The position numbers and the translations under genes were made by a program. Shown one piece after another: positions 1-13,500 of a DNA stretch of 64,000 nt. The DNA is from Asterias rubens (Eukaryota). The number at the start of each line of letters is the position of its first letter. The first letter of the stretch is position 1. The stretch lies in contig NC_047062.1 in NCBI RefSeq assembly GCF_902459465.1, positions 13,702,001 through 13,766,000 on the forward strand. The letters run 5' to 3'. Below the pieces are notes generated by a model, which was not told the DNA's origin, searched no databases, and saw nothing but the letters and a program-made list of their open reading frames with translations.

Positions 1-710
1 TAGATATTAGTAGAATACCAACTTCTGCTTTGTACATCGTATATCGTACTGTAACACGCATGACCCAAATGGAAACAAGTTTATTTTACTGATTTTTGGT
101 CACCCTGGGGTAATTAAAGGCAACAACTAAATAAACACAATAAAGATTTGTAATATTCAAAAATAAAGCCACGGGTCACAGCTCGTTTCCTCAGAAGACC
201 GTCCCCAGAAATCCTTCCTGAGAGAGGGCAGTGTTCTTTTGCATGGATGTCACTGTCTCGGTCAGTCATTATCAATCCAACAATACCTTCGGCGGCATGC
301 AATTAAAAGGTTTTCCGGTTGCAAATTTTGAACACTTTGCATGATATCTGAATATACGTAATTAAATAAGTTTCCGGTTGCATGTTTTAGTTTGAACACT
401 TTGCATGATATGTTAGATTGTACAACTCTAAAAAAAAAATAAATAAATAAATGTTTGCTCTGAAAATCCGATGTTTCGATAAATCGCTCTGATCACTTAT
501 TGAAAATTCGAGCTGTCTCACCAATGACTAGTAACATAGCGTGATAACCCAGTAACCCCCCCCCCTTGTCGGTCTCTCCCCCACCGTGCAAAGATACTCA
601 AGATGTCTTTATTTATGCCTACTTGCTTCTGTATCTCTCCTGTGCCAGATTTGTCTTCCAGACAGACATTAAATGGACACTAGTAGTATTTTGGTTTGTT
701 TTTTGCTTAC

Positions 711-1000
711 CATTTCCATTCCCCTGCATCTGTGGTCTGTAGAGTGAATATCATCTCACCAGGCATCAGGGCCACCGGCATCAACATGAGATAGTAAGCA
801 GCACTGCCCTTTACGCTCGCCACACGCCACACCGTAACGATACCGTGAATTGCGAAGAGTAACCGGGCCGCTAAGGCCTTCGTGATAGACATCATGAATA
901 AGGCCATATTCACCCAGGATTTCCTGGATGGGACCAACACAGATTGAAGACTCTTCTTTCTTGGTGGTCGGGTTTTCGTAGATTTTCCAGTTGCATTCAT
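711..1000 (-). CDS. TMEM26: TMEM26-like copy A, first coding exon only (rest of gene lies left of the window)
   Basis: Encodes KALAARLLFAIHGIVTVWRV...GEWKW, the TMEM26 N-terminal signature shared with the other copies. Ends at the same phase-2 donor (TG|GTAAG at 711/710). ATGs at 1000 and 907, in-frame stop at 1019-1021, acceptor ttttacatag at 1033. No exon 2/3 homology in 1-706. Confidence 0.8.
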
Positions 1001-3285
1001 TTGGTTCACTTCCTCGAGTCAATAAAAATGGCCTATGTAAAATAAATTTACGCGTATTTTAGTTTCTTTGTTCTTTTAAATTTCACATTTGTCATTCGTA
1101 TTTTCCATTGATTAACCGAACACATCCAAGGAAAGTCTTAAGTCGGCCTTCACTACATTAAGAACGCAGCATTTTGGACGGTTCGATACAATCGTCAACT
1201 TCTCTGTCCATGATTAAGTTAGAGTGCATCGATAAAATAACCAGTTTCAGAGTCATGTTTTGTAACCCACAATTTACAGCACACCAACGATAGAAAACGA
1301 TGTTATAGATGCAACTGAGACGACACGACTTTCCGTTTCCCAAGGGACTGTCGAAGCAGCAAACGTTGGGGGCCTGGGTCCAAAACGGACCACTGTCTAA
1401 ATACCATTTACTCCCAAACTGTCACCGTTTAAATCCGAAGTCCGGCTCAGTTTCTTCAGTTGCTCATTAAAACGGGACGTACATATTTGGATTGGTCAAA
1501 AATGTGATGTCAACACTTTTTTGCAGAGATGAAACTTTAATATAAAGTGACACAATCCATAACTCGCTTTTGTCGCAAACAAAAAAACAGTCGCCAAATT
1601 CATCTCATCTTAAAATGTCAATCTGTATTGATATTTACACGTCGTCCTGCATCAATGGAAAGTGCCCAAAGCCTCCGCAGCAGACCGTGTGAATGAACAT
1701 GACGAGCGCCGTGAAAATGGTACAGTTCCTCCCGCGTACCTCCAAAGATCGTCCACGGTAAATTCAAATTCCCGGTCTACAAGAAAGTTAATATTTCAGA
1801 CGTAATGTACACGATGGCCAAATGGGTGAATTCTGAAGCTTATTGGTGCTAAAATAACCACCACACACCGTGGTCTTGAAAATAAAGCTATAGCATCCGA
1901 TAGCAATCTTCCAATATAAATGATAAGCAATCTAGTTATCCCAGCCTCACCGAGTCGTTTTGTACCTTCCGTGTGCTGTGTGTGTATCGTCTTCTTTGTG
2001 GACAGCACAGTTCGCCCGCCAGGGATACCAAGTTGTGACGTCATCTCATCGGATCATCTCCAGAAGTGGAGAGTGATTCTTGAAAAGACTTTAAAGAGAT
2101 GTTCGTTGGTACAGGGGGATGTTTCATCAAACTTGATTTAGGGGAGTCTTCCAAATCGTGTGCATTGGAGCATGATAATGGTGTGGATTGTGGTGTTTTT
2201 TTAGTGCGTTAGCGGGTCATTGTAAATTAGGTCAAATCGTATCCGTTGTCGTATTAAAACAAAAAGGTTAAAACTTGTTTCATTTGGGGTTGAACATCGT
2301 TGAAAAATGACACAAGTTCTCCGTCATATAATAATAAATGTGCTCTTTTAATAATTGTGTGCAATCTGCGAAGACAAATACAAAAAAGTGTAAGCCTACT
2401 ACATGTACATGTGTACCATACAAACGTAAAACCTGTATTTAATGATGAAAGTAAGGTTTTTATAGATAACGAAGCAAGTACTACAAAATCGTGACATTTG
2501 TACTTTCTTCTCAAAATATCATAAAAAAAAATTATTTACTTCATCCGCCCTTTTGGACCAACTGTGTTTTTAACACTTGTACTATTGGTTGAAGTACGAA
2601 TTGTGAAGGTAAAATTGAATACGGAATAAAATGTCATCAAGGTGGTGAGCACAAAAACAAAATTGCTTAGTACCAAAATATTGTTACACAGAAATTAGGA
2701 TTAGATTATCAGACAAAATGTCATGTCATTTCATATTGTAATAGGTCACAGTGGCACCCGTTAGTCAGCCATTTCTATTGTTCTCACCTAAATCATTTGC
2801 TAAGCTTATTGACTGATAATACGTATAAGCATAATCATATAGCTGTTTAGGCGCTGTGAGTGCTTTCACAATTCGAATCGAAATAATAATATAGGACATA
2901 ACGTTGGCCCACAGCTTCCGTATCTACCTTTGCCCCACACCCGGGTTTCAGAAATATTGATTACCAAAAAATTAACAGGACCGGCATATACATTTATAAA
3001 ATTACCCCTGAACACCAACCTTAGCCATTTTGAGGTATGGTGGACACAATACAACAACACTAAGGTTTTAGTTTATGCATGGAGGATGTCTGTATGTACC
3101 CGGCAACCACACAGTGCACTCCTGATAGCACTCCTGATCATGATAGTGCCACCGTACTTCAAAAGGCTATACGAACTACCAACGATACAGATACATATAA
3201 GAAGGTGGCCTTGAAAGGACATCGCACATTAAAAAGTATAGTAGTGCGTAAAGTGGTGCGTATCGTACATCAAGCATAGCCTTAA

Positions 3286-3664
3286 AGACAGTGGACACTA
3301 TTGGTAATTGTCAAAGACCAGTCTTCTCACTTGGTGTATCTCAACATACACATAGAATAACCAACCTGTGAAAACGTGAGCTATATCGGTTGTCAAAGTT
3401 GCGAGGTAATAGTGAAAGAAAAAACACCCTTGTCACACGAATTTGTGTGCTTTCAGATGCTTGATTTCGAGACCTCAAATTATAAACTTGAGGTCTCGAA
3501 ATCAAATTCGTAGAAAATTACTCCTTTCTCGAAAACTTACGTCAATTCAGAAGGAGCCGTTTCTCACAATGTTTTATACTATCAACCACTCCCCGTTACT
3601 CGTTACCAAGTAAGGTTTTATGCTAATAATTATTTTGAGTAACTACCATTAGTGTCTACTGCCT
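3286..3664. mobile_element. TTAA-flanked MITE, main family (Kolobok-like)
   Basis: TIR AG(G/A)CAGTGGACACTATTGGTAATT...; TTAA on both sides; RR...YY termini as in Kolobok elements; many copies in the window. Confidence 0.85.
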
Positions 3665-5222
3665 TTAATAGCATTCACACCAACGTGTATAACGAATGGT
3701 GCTGTCGGTGTCATATCAGAAACTCATGACCGGGCCGGGGCCGCCGCAGCGCACACCGTACACAAGTTATAATTCAGTCAGCGAACAGGGGAAACCTTTA
3801 ACCCAATTAACACAAACAGGTCTGAAAATGAGCACGTGTTAACCGTTTCGTGTCATCTCCCAATAAACTCATTATTATGCAAATTAATATGTAAATCAAA
3901 TCGGCCGAAATTCACCGTCAATTAGTGTTTCGGACCAGATGGTGCGTTACATAGGCTTGTGTCTGATGTCTATTTTTACGGAATATTATATTATATACAA
4001 TCATAATGATATTCTTACCAAAAAGTCACACTTTTGGAACAACAACAAAATGTACCCGCATTACGAACTTGACCGCATGAATGTTTTAAACAGATAACAA
4101 CAAGTTCCACACAGTCCCGGCAGGTTGTCTACCAAGGCAAGATAGTTCTTTTCAGAACTGAGTCCCGAATTACGAAAATAAAGCAAGACAAGTTCTCAAA
4201 AGAACATAATCTACCAAGCAGGTAGGTACACAAACAGTGTTACTGCAAACCACACAAAAATTGATACAGATCATGCAATGCCTAAAATCCCTTAATGCTC
4301 CGTGTTATGGCAGGACGAGGCCCCTACATGTATAGTGTGCCATTTTATCATGACTGTTAAGCAAAATTGGTGGCTAACAAACCATGTGTCGACTTCACGA
4401 AGAGTTCAGACATAGTCTTAACCCCTAGGGGTGGGTTTCAAAGAGTAAGACTAGTCTTATCTCGAGTTAGTACGAGTAACTCGTCCTGACTTTAGGACTA
4501 GCCTTATATCACCTATTATGGCTAGTTGAAGACTTTAAGTCTTATAAGGAAAGAAGGCGAAGAACGTTTTTATTGAACTGCAAGCCTAAAGGTTTAAGCA
4601 CATTTTGCCCATTGTAGTCACGAGAACACCAGTGGAAAAACCCTTCAACGTTTTAACTGTTTATAAACATTGAGTTTTGGAGTTGCGTGATCTACTTTTT
4701 TTTTACTGATTTGTTTTATAAACTATATGCATTTCAAGCAAAACGTGATATGTCAAGGGAGTTTGCCACCATAACCATCTGTATATCATGTAGGGCCTAT
4801 AAATACGTTTTGTGTAGGCCTAAATCAGTGAACATTAACACTTGTTTACTCTTACCTAATGTTATTGCACACTCGTTAAACATCGGTCGGAATTGAACTT
4901 CATTACATACCAATCATTAAAGATGAGGAGTATGATTTGGCCGTATAGGTATTGTAAAAAAGACAAAGTCTTTTACTTCAAAAAATCAAATCGAAACGGA
5001 GGTTGATCTTGTCACCAGAGCTATATATAGATGGTGCCCTAGTCGGTGCATGCATGTAATCCTTACACATCATAAACGACAGCATCTCACTTTCACAACT
5101 ATTAACAACCAATGTTAAATATCTTATTTTATACTCAAAATGTCATCCTTTTAATTGTAACATGAATATTGCCAGTTCTTAACTGGCTCTTATTGTACAA
5201 ATTGACAGTATGGAAATGCATT

Positions 5223-8200
5223 TTATGGTTGGCCTAAATCTTCTTCGTAATGGTCTTTTCCCAAAATTTCTTCAGCTTCCGTGCCGACTTTGTTATCATC
5301 GGCACAGCAAACAATAGCCATGCGGTACAACTGCAGCATGATGACCAGGAAGTTCTTGAAAAGAAAGAACAACATCATCTGGTTTCTTATATTGAACTCA
5401 ATCAAAAGGTAAAGTCTCATAGCCAAGAATGGCCCGTCTTGCATTAAGATAGTGATCCAGAGAGCCCAGATTTCATTCTCGCAACATCCTAAGCATCCCG
5501 TGCAAGATTTGCCCCCAGAGATCTTAGCTGGCATGGCTCTCGGGGCAGACACCATGGTGAGGACCAGGGTGAACTGAAGCAAGCTCCAGCTCCATATGCC
5601 CAGCATCAAAATAATCAAGAAAAGGTTACAGGTAACCGCTTGCTCCAGCAATGTCTCAAAGGAGAACTCCAAGATGTCAGCCGCCATACCGATGTACACC
5701 AGGAGGAGTTGTGAGAGCTGGTCACGTGTGAGGGCGCCCTTGGGGAGGAGCCATCTTCCCAGGAGAAGAACAGCAAGAAGGAATTGCTCCAAGGCCAAGC
5801 TCCAAGAGTCGTCTGTTAGAGTAACTGGTATGTTAATCTGCATCTGCAGTCACAACAATACACAAATAATTATTAGAGAAGTTTACACACCGTGCTGCGT
5901 TAAAGTATCCTACACTTTATTATAAACTCTCCGGTCAGAATATTGGTTGTGTAATTGAGTGTATTTTTGGTCCGGATCTCTAAATCATTCCCTGGCATCT
6001 TATTGTTTAATACCACGCTTCCCTTTTATTCACCCCTTTCAAGCTGAGCCAGTCTGTTTTTGCCACGTCCGTTCTACAACCTTGTCATTATAAAGTATCA
6101 AAGTTTTCCTCCTGAGCTCATCTTCGCAATTTTCTGAACATCAAATTGTGCTGTCAACATTGCCATGTTCGTGGTGTCATCACACTCTTTGATTACCACG
6201 TAATATTGAAAACCACCTTAGTATCAGAAAATTATTGAAAGGTACATCGATCCTATAAGCCTTATTTCTATACCATCCGCCCGGGTAATAGTTAAAGGCA
6301 GTGGTCACTATTGGTAATTACTCAAAATAATTATTGTCATAAAAACCTTTCTTGATTACGAGTATAAAACATTGTGAGAAACAGCTCCCTCTGAAGTGAC
6401 GTAGTTTTCGAGAAAAGAGGTTATTTCCACGAATTTTATTTCGAGACCTCAAAATAAGATTTCGATGTCTCAAAATCAAGTATCTGAAAGCCCACAACTT
6501 CGTGTGACAAGGGTGTTTTTTTCTTTCATAGTTATCTCGCAACTTTGACGACTAATTGAGCACAAATTTTCACAGGTTTTTTATTTTATGCATAAGTTGA
6601 AATACACCAAGTGGGAAGACTGGTTTTTGACAATTACCAATAGTGTCAAGTGTCTTTAACCATTGCTTCGTCCTTCGGATGGGACGTAAACCCTTTGGTT
6701 CCATGTGTTGTGTAACCTATGTAAAATAACCCAGTGCACTTTATCGAAGAGAAGGGGGTTCGCCCCGGTGTTCCTGGCTGTGGCTGCTGTATACGCCGTA
6801 GCACCTTGTAAAACATTATGAGGGCCCAATTTCATGGCTCTGCTTACCGCCGAATTTGGCGCTTACGATCGCGATTCCCTGCTTACGTGCAAGCGCAGAA
6901 TTTCTGCGCTAGCCTTGTAAGCGTAGAATGCCTAGTAATGTGAAGTACGGACGCGCAGAAGCCAAAATTCGCCGCTAACCCGTGAAATACGCTTGCCGTA
7001 AGCACAGAATTCCATGCTTCCGTACGTGTCGATTCTGTGCTTACGGTAAGCAGAGCCATGAAATTGGGCCCAGGTGCTATGGTCTCGGAATTCATCATTG
7101 CAGTAACCTATCTTCTGAAAGTTTGTATATACTCAGCGCATTGAATACCTGTACCTTGTTTGATAGATACGTGCGCTATAAAAGATATTATAGTTATTAT
7201 TAATATTATGTGTAGGATTTCTCAAGACTTTGATACAAATGTTTCACAGTACATTTAAGGAAAATAACTATGTCTTACCCCTGATACATCGTGGAAACTC
7301 AGTGAAGATGAATTGTACACTGTTTCAGATGAACAATCTTCTAGGTTCATGTTATCTCGGTAGTCGATCCGTTTTCCATAAAGGTCAAAGTTGAGAAGCC
7401 ACAGCCCGGGCACAACACTGGCGAGGTACAGGAACACACTTGGGCAAAACCTACCAGGAGAGTTGAGAATTACACCTTCAAAAATGTGTCTAATTATTTG
7501 CATTGAACGGACAGATAACCAGGCCTGTATGCTTGGTTTTTGAAAGGGCAAGGGCAGCAAGGCATTTTCTCCTTGGTAAAGAGCATAACGTGATGAAGGT
7601 TAACATTTATATTTTATGCAAAAAATGCAATTAATTGAATTGAATTTAAATTAATTGATGTAAGGAAAGACTGGTTACGTCGTCATTGTGATTCTTCTCT
7701 CTCATCCTGGTTCGGGACTGGCAAATGTTTATATTTATTTACGTAATTCTTTGTTCAACCCCAAATGATTTCATTCAATGTTTGATTTTTGTATCTGTAG
7801 GCTATAATTATTTCCTTCATGTAGGTGTAATTAAACAATCTAGGAACAAACATCAATAAAGGATTTATTAATTATCTTCCTTTCACATATAAATCTGTAG
7901 TTTATCTTTCATTAGTGTCCAAACATTTTATACCACCGCAATCGACGGCCGGACAGAAATATGTAAGCCTTTCTTTGAAAAAAATTCGGTCTATTAATAA
8001 AAGGCGTACATGTTGAATATCGTATGCATACAAAATAAAGATCGGCATTCGACAAAACAAAAGTTCTCCAAAGTCACAAAACCTAGTCCTAAACCAACTG
8101 GGTTTGTTTTTAGGGGGAACAAAAATCATTGTGAATTTTATATTTGAGGTTTTATCAAGTTTACAGGCGTTTCGTCACCAGGAATTTTGTCTCACCAATA

Positions 8201-8484
8201 TTGGACAATCAAAGAAAGAAAATAGACATTGTAGTCAAGATTGTAGTAAATAAACGGTTATTATAGAGTTCCACTCTGTTCCAGCTTTCTTACCATTTCC
8301 ACTCTCCGTTTTTCGTCACTTTCAGCGTAAGCATCATCTCAAATGGTAGAAGACAAACCGGAATGATCAGCAAATAGAACAAGGGGTTCGAGTTGACGTC
8401 TGTAACTCGCCACACGGTGAGGATGCCGTGGATTGCAAAGAGAGAACGGGCCAGGATGGCCTTTATGACAGATACCAGCCCCAT
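5223..8484 (-). CDS. TMEM26: TMEM26-like copy B, intact, 3 exons (8484-8294, 7450-7279, 5843-5223), 327 aa
   Basis: Exons of 191+172+621 nt = 984 nt in frame with GT-AG boundaries (TG|GTAAG, tag|G TTT TGC, GGG|GTAAGA, tgcag|ATG). Motifs [42 protein letters not shown] and QDGPFLAMRL are typical of TMEM26 (Pfam Tmem26). Confidence 0.92.
6296..6655. mobile_element. TTAA-flanked MITE, main family, in intron 2 of copy B
   Basis: Same TIRs and TTAA duplication; absent from the paralogous intron of copy C. Confidence 0.85.
6660..6820 (+). mobile_element. SINE body fragment
   Basis: cttcggatgggacgtaaa...aacccagtgcact...ggttcgccccggtgttcctggc resembles the central/3' part of invertebrate tRNA-derived SINEs (recall, not searched). 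Confidence 0.45.
6822..7071. mobile_element. PIF/Harbinger-like MITE
   Basis: Perfect 27-bp TIR GGGCCCAATTTCATGGCTCTGCTTACC; TSD not clean. Confidence 0.75.
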
Positions 8485-8920
8485 CGCAAGTGCTGGTTAT
8501 TCGGTTCTCGCAACTAACTCTAAAACACAATAATTTGCGTTCTCAGACACGTCTCCTGCAAACAGTTTTCCAATTATTGAAATGGTGGCTGTGATGTATA
8601 TCGTCTGTTGTGTATGATAATTTAATGTGATTTTAAGTCGGTGGTTGATTTGTTGTACTAACCACGATTAAACAAATCGATTGACCAATGCGCCTCCAAC
8701 TTCTACTTCACACATCTGTTGCAACTTAATTTGTTAATCTCTGCTTTTCAACCTTTTAACTCTCGTCGTCAGTGCTTGGTCTACTAGTATTGGTATTAAT
8801 ACATCTGTATAATCGGTTAAAGTTATCGTTTGTTTGCGATCCCACTTTTGTACAGAGGTTCCAACTTTCACTCACTAGCATCTAAATACCCCATCCAGAA
8901 TATAAGCCAGTAGGGTACCG

Positions 8921-9016
8921 GTCAACTCGGTCTGAAGTCAACTCGGTCCGAAGCCAACTCGGTCCGAAGTCAACGCGGTCCAAAGTCAACTCGGTGCAAA
9001 GTCAACTCGGTCAGAA
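8921..9016 (+). repeat. 16-bp tandem repeat x6 (GTCAACTCGGTCCGAA)
   Basis: Six consecutive units with 0-2 substitutions each. Confidence 0.95.
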
Positions 9017-9458
9017 TCTTGCTACAATTACACTAGTGTCGAAGATGCGGGTTACGTGAATTTGGACTCAATAAATCTCTCTGGAATGATGACATCAAGT
9101 TCAAGTGCAAATCATTTATTATCCATACTGTTTTCATTTTTTTTTAAAACAGAAAAATTGAAAATATCCATTTTATATTGAGGGCTAAAAACTTGCTAAT
9201 GCTAGGCTAAGCCCGAAAAGTCTTTATCTCATAAAACATAATTATAGTGCATGGAGAAAGGTGCCAACATAATACACCTGGCAAGTAGATACACAAATGG
9301 TGTTACCCTAAATCAAATAAGATAAACATAAGGTTTGATAAAAAGAAACATTTTGAACAAAATTGCAATAATATAAGGCACCGTATAATGCAGGACGTAC
9401 ATAGTGTGCCATTCTATCATGACTGCACGTGCGGCAACATTGGTGGCTTACAAACCAT

Positions 9459-9649
9459 GGGTCGATTTCACGAAGATTTCAGACTAGTCTAAACTCCCAG
9501 TGGTGTATTTCAAAGAGTGAAGACTAGTCTTATCTCGAATTAGGACGAGTTACTCGTCCTGACTTAGGATTGGCCTTAAGTGTTGAATATCTCCTAGGAC
9601 TAGTCCTAAGTTACAGTCCTAGTTAGGACTACCTTTGTGAAATCGACTC
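9459..9649. mobile_element. Palindromic ACTAGT-rich Harbinger-like MITE (degenerate paralog at about 4388-4510)
   Basis: GGGTCGATTTCAC...GTGAAATCGACTC termini; same family as 48633-48780 and 56164-56310. Confidence 0.7.
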
Positions 9650-10572
9650 CGGGTAGGGCTTATCGTCTTTATCAAAGACAATACATTAATTTTCCTGGAT
9701 GGTACAAAACACTTCCGGTCAGAATTGACTGATGGGTAATGTGACTCCGAGAACCCGAGTTAAAATCACATCTTTTTTATAACTTTCCTCGGCCGGAATT
9801 GGCTCAGTCAATCTGGGACGCGGAGTTCGGATCAATTCGGACCCGGAAGTTAAGGCACTGTACACTACTACATTGGTAACTACATGTACTCCAAATAATT
9901 ACTTCGTATGAGCAATGGAGAACTTGTTGTAGGTAAAACATTTTGAGAAAACGGCTTCCTCTGAAGTAACGTATAGTTTTTGTGAAACTGAAAATTTCTC
10001 ACTCGAATAATGAAAGACTGCAGCTGAATCCTTTTGTTATGCATGTGAACGCACACAACGTAATGCAACAAGGGTGTTTCTAATCTTTTTATATTCTCTT
10101 GCAAGTTCAATGACCAAATGAGTTCGAATTCAATGACCAAATGAGTTCGAATTTACGCACACCCAATGGTATCACACACCTTTAAAACATCGGTCGGAAG
10201 TGAACATCATTACATTACAATAACTAAAGATGAGGAGTATGATTTGGCCATAAGTATTGTACAAAAAAAGACAAGGTCTAAATGACTCTCTACTTATACT
10301 TAAAAATCTAATCGAAACGGAGGTTGATCACGTCATCACAGCTATAGATGGCGCCCTAGTCGGTGCATGCATGCAATTCTAACACATCCTAAACGGCAGC
10401 ATCTCACTGCATTCCACAACCATTAACAACCAATGTTAAATATCTTATTTGATACTTAAAATTTAATAATTTTAATATTTAAAAAAAAATTATCAATGTA
10501 TTGCTTTACTTGGGGAATAGGGCAACTCTTAACTGACTCTTCATAGAAAATGACAGTTAATGAAAATGCATT

Positions 10573-13500
10573 TTATGGTTGGCCTACTTCGACAGCTTGC
10601 TGGGAATCTTCTTCGTTATTGTCTTTTCCCACAATTTCTTCAACGTCGGTGCCGACTTTGTTATCGTCGGCACAGCACACAATAGCCATGCGGTACAACT
10701 GCAGCATGATGACCAGGAAGTTCTTAAGAGTAAAGAACAACATCATCTGATTGATGATATTGTAGTCAATCAAAAGATAGAGCCTCATAGCCAAGAAAGG
10801 CCCGTCTTGCATTACGATGGTGATCCATAAAGCCCAGATTTCATTCTCGCAACATCCGAAACATCCCTTGCAAGATTTGCCCCCAGAGATCTTAGCTGCT
10901 CTAGCTCTCGGGGCAGAAACCGAGGTGAGGACCAGGGTGAACTGAAGCAAGCTCCAGCTCCATAGGCCCAGGATCAAAATAATCAAGAAAAGGTTACAGA
11001 TGACCGCTTGCTCCTTCAATGTCTCCAAGGAAAACTCCAAGATGTCCGCCGCCATACCGATGTACACCAGGAGGAGTTGTGAGAGCTGGTCACGTGTGAG
11101 CGATCCCTTGGGGAGGAGCCATCTTCCCAGGAGAAGAAGAGCAAGAAGGAATTGCTCCAAGGCCAAGCTCCAAGAATCGTCCGTCAGAGCAACTGGTATG
11201 TTTATCTGCAACTGCAGTCACAACAATACACAAATAATTATTAGAGAAGTTTATACACCGTGCTGGGTCAATGTATAGCCTACACTATACTCTCCGGTCA
11301 GAATTGAGAGTTTGAAATTGTTATTTTTGGTCCGGATCTACTATTTATACTATTTCCCGGACATCTTATTGTTTAATACCACGCTTCCCTTTTCTTCACC
11401 CCTTTCAAGCCGAGCCAGTCTGTTTTTGCTCCGTCCGTCTTACAATCTTGTCTTTATAATGTATACAGGTTTTCCTCCTAAGCTCATCTTCAAAATATTC
11501 TGAACATCAAGAAGAGCTGTCAACATTGTAAAATTCTTTGTGTCATCACTCAACGATTAAAAGTGGTAAATCAATCTTAGATTTTGTGAAATGTTATCTT
11601 ATTCCCTGTCCTGTGCCATATACATGTATATATGAAGGCTTTCTCAAGATGTGGGTAAAAATCTTTCACGGTACATTTAAAATAAATGATTGTGTCTTAC
11701 CCCTGATATAGCGTCGGAGCTCAGTGAAGATGAATTGTACACTGTTTCAGATGAACAATCTTCTAGGTTCATCGAATCTCGGTAGTCGATCCGTTTTCCA
11801 TAAAGGTCAAAGTTGAGGAGCCACAGCCCGGGCACAACACTGGCGAGGTACAGGAACACACTCGGGCAAAACCTACCAGGAGAGTTGAGAATTACATCTT
11901 CAAAAATGTGTCTAAATTTACACAATTCTAATTCCATTTTGAACACATGGACAACTATTTATGAGATAAAGGAGCACAATTTTAAGTGTATACCGGCGTT
12001 GCATAACGTGATGGTGATTTACATTTTTGTTTTATGGGGGGAAAAATACAATTATTTAAATTGAATTTAAATTAATTTATGTAAGGAAAGACCGGTTACG
12101 TCGTCATCGTGGAGTCGTGTCTATCATCCTAGCTCGGGAGTGGCAAAGTTTATATTCTTGTTCAACCCATAAATATTTCATTCAACGTATGATTTCTGTA
12201 TAATTGTAGGCTTTTATTTGCTTCGTGTAGTTTTATTTACACTCTCTAGATAAACAAAGAACAACCATCAAATAAAGGTTTATTGATTATCTTCTGTTCA
12301 TCTATACATCTGTATTCTATCTTTCATTTTTTACAAACATTTTACACCAACGCAAACGACGGCTAGACAGAAAAATTTGAGACTTTCTTAAAACTTTGTC
12401 TATAACCCTTTAAACCCTGCACCGCCCGAGTTTGCTGAAATCCAATTTCTCAAGATTCTTGCAGTAAATTACTGGAATCTTAGTTCAAATTTTAAAAGAT
12501 GGCCATGGCTTAATGTGTATGCACAATTTTTTACCCTTTCGGTAATATTTGTATAAAAGTACAAGTTCTCATGGGAACAATAAATGCCTCTCGTTAAACG
12601 GCTACGATAATTTTTATGGCAAATATTTTTGTGCACGGATAAAATGGACACAATAGCTTGTTAAGGCTTTTGTCTGGCTCGATGCTCATACTGATTAAAT
12701 GCGAAGGCGTTAATTTTCGACAATATCATCATAAATGATGAACAGTTTCCTGGTTACTAATGAGCGTTTTATTTTTCGTAAGAGCTATTTCATCATCATT
12801 AGCTTCGACAAGTCAACTGTGAAGGGAGAATTAATAACGATCTATAACAACTAGATATATTAACAAATGCGTAGACCTACTAATGACTATCGAGTTTTCT
12901 TGTGATGTTCCTTTTTTCTACAAACACAAGCTAGCGAGGTTTCCTCGTACCGCATACAGTGTATCGCTATATGCGGCTGGGCGGTACAGTGGCTAAATGG
13001 TTATTGATTATCTTCTGTTCATCTATACATCTGTATTCTATCTTTCATTTTTTCCAAACATTTTACACCAACGCAAACGACGGCTAGACAGAAAAATTTG
13101 AGACTTTCTTAAAATTTTGTCTATAAAACTAAAAGGCGTATACATATTGAATTACGTATGCAATCAAAGTAATGGATTGCATTCGAAAAATTCCGAAAAG
13201 CAACAAGACCTAGTCCAAAACCAATTGGGTTGGTTGTTAAAAAAAACAAATCATTGTGAAATTATTGTGGATTTTATATTCGAGGTTTTATCCAATTTAC
13301 AGAGTCTCGTCACCAGGAACGTTGTCTTACAAATTTGATAATCAAAGAAATAAAGTGGGCATTGTAGTAAACCAACAGAGTACACTTTGTTCCAGCTATC
13401 TTACCATTTCCACTCTCCGTTTTTCGTCACTTTCAACGTTAGTATCATCTCCAATGGTAGAAGACAAATCGGAATGATCAGCAAATAGAACAAGGGGTTC

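Noticed and set aside
114-302. Possible exon 2 of TMEM26 copy A
   Set aside because: No FCP/WLL motif in any frame; the remaining exons must lie outside the window.
1796-3279. Several moderately GC-rich short ORFs (1796-2044, 2930-3214, 3079-3279)
   Set aside because: No recognisable motif or consistent splice chain; possibly decayed transposon coding sequence but unsupported.
5596-5925. Plus-strand ORFs over TMEM26 exon 3 (also 11000-11278, 16848-17063, 21585-21800, 24942-25157) that look conserved
   Set aside because: Antisense shadows of the conserved minus-strand coding sequence; no independent splice or start signals.
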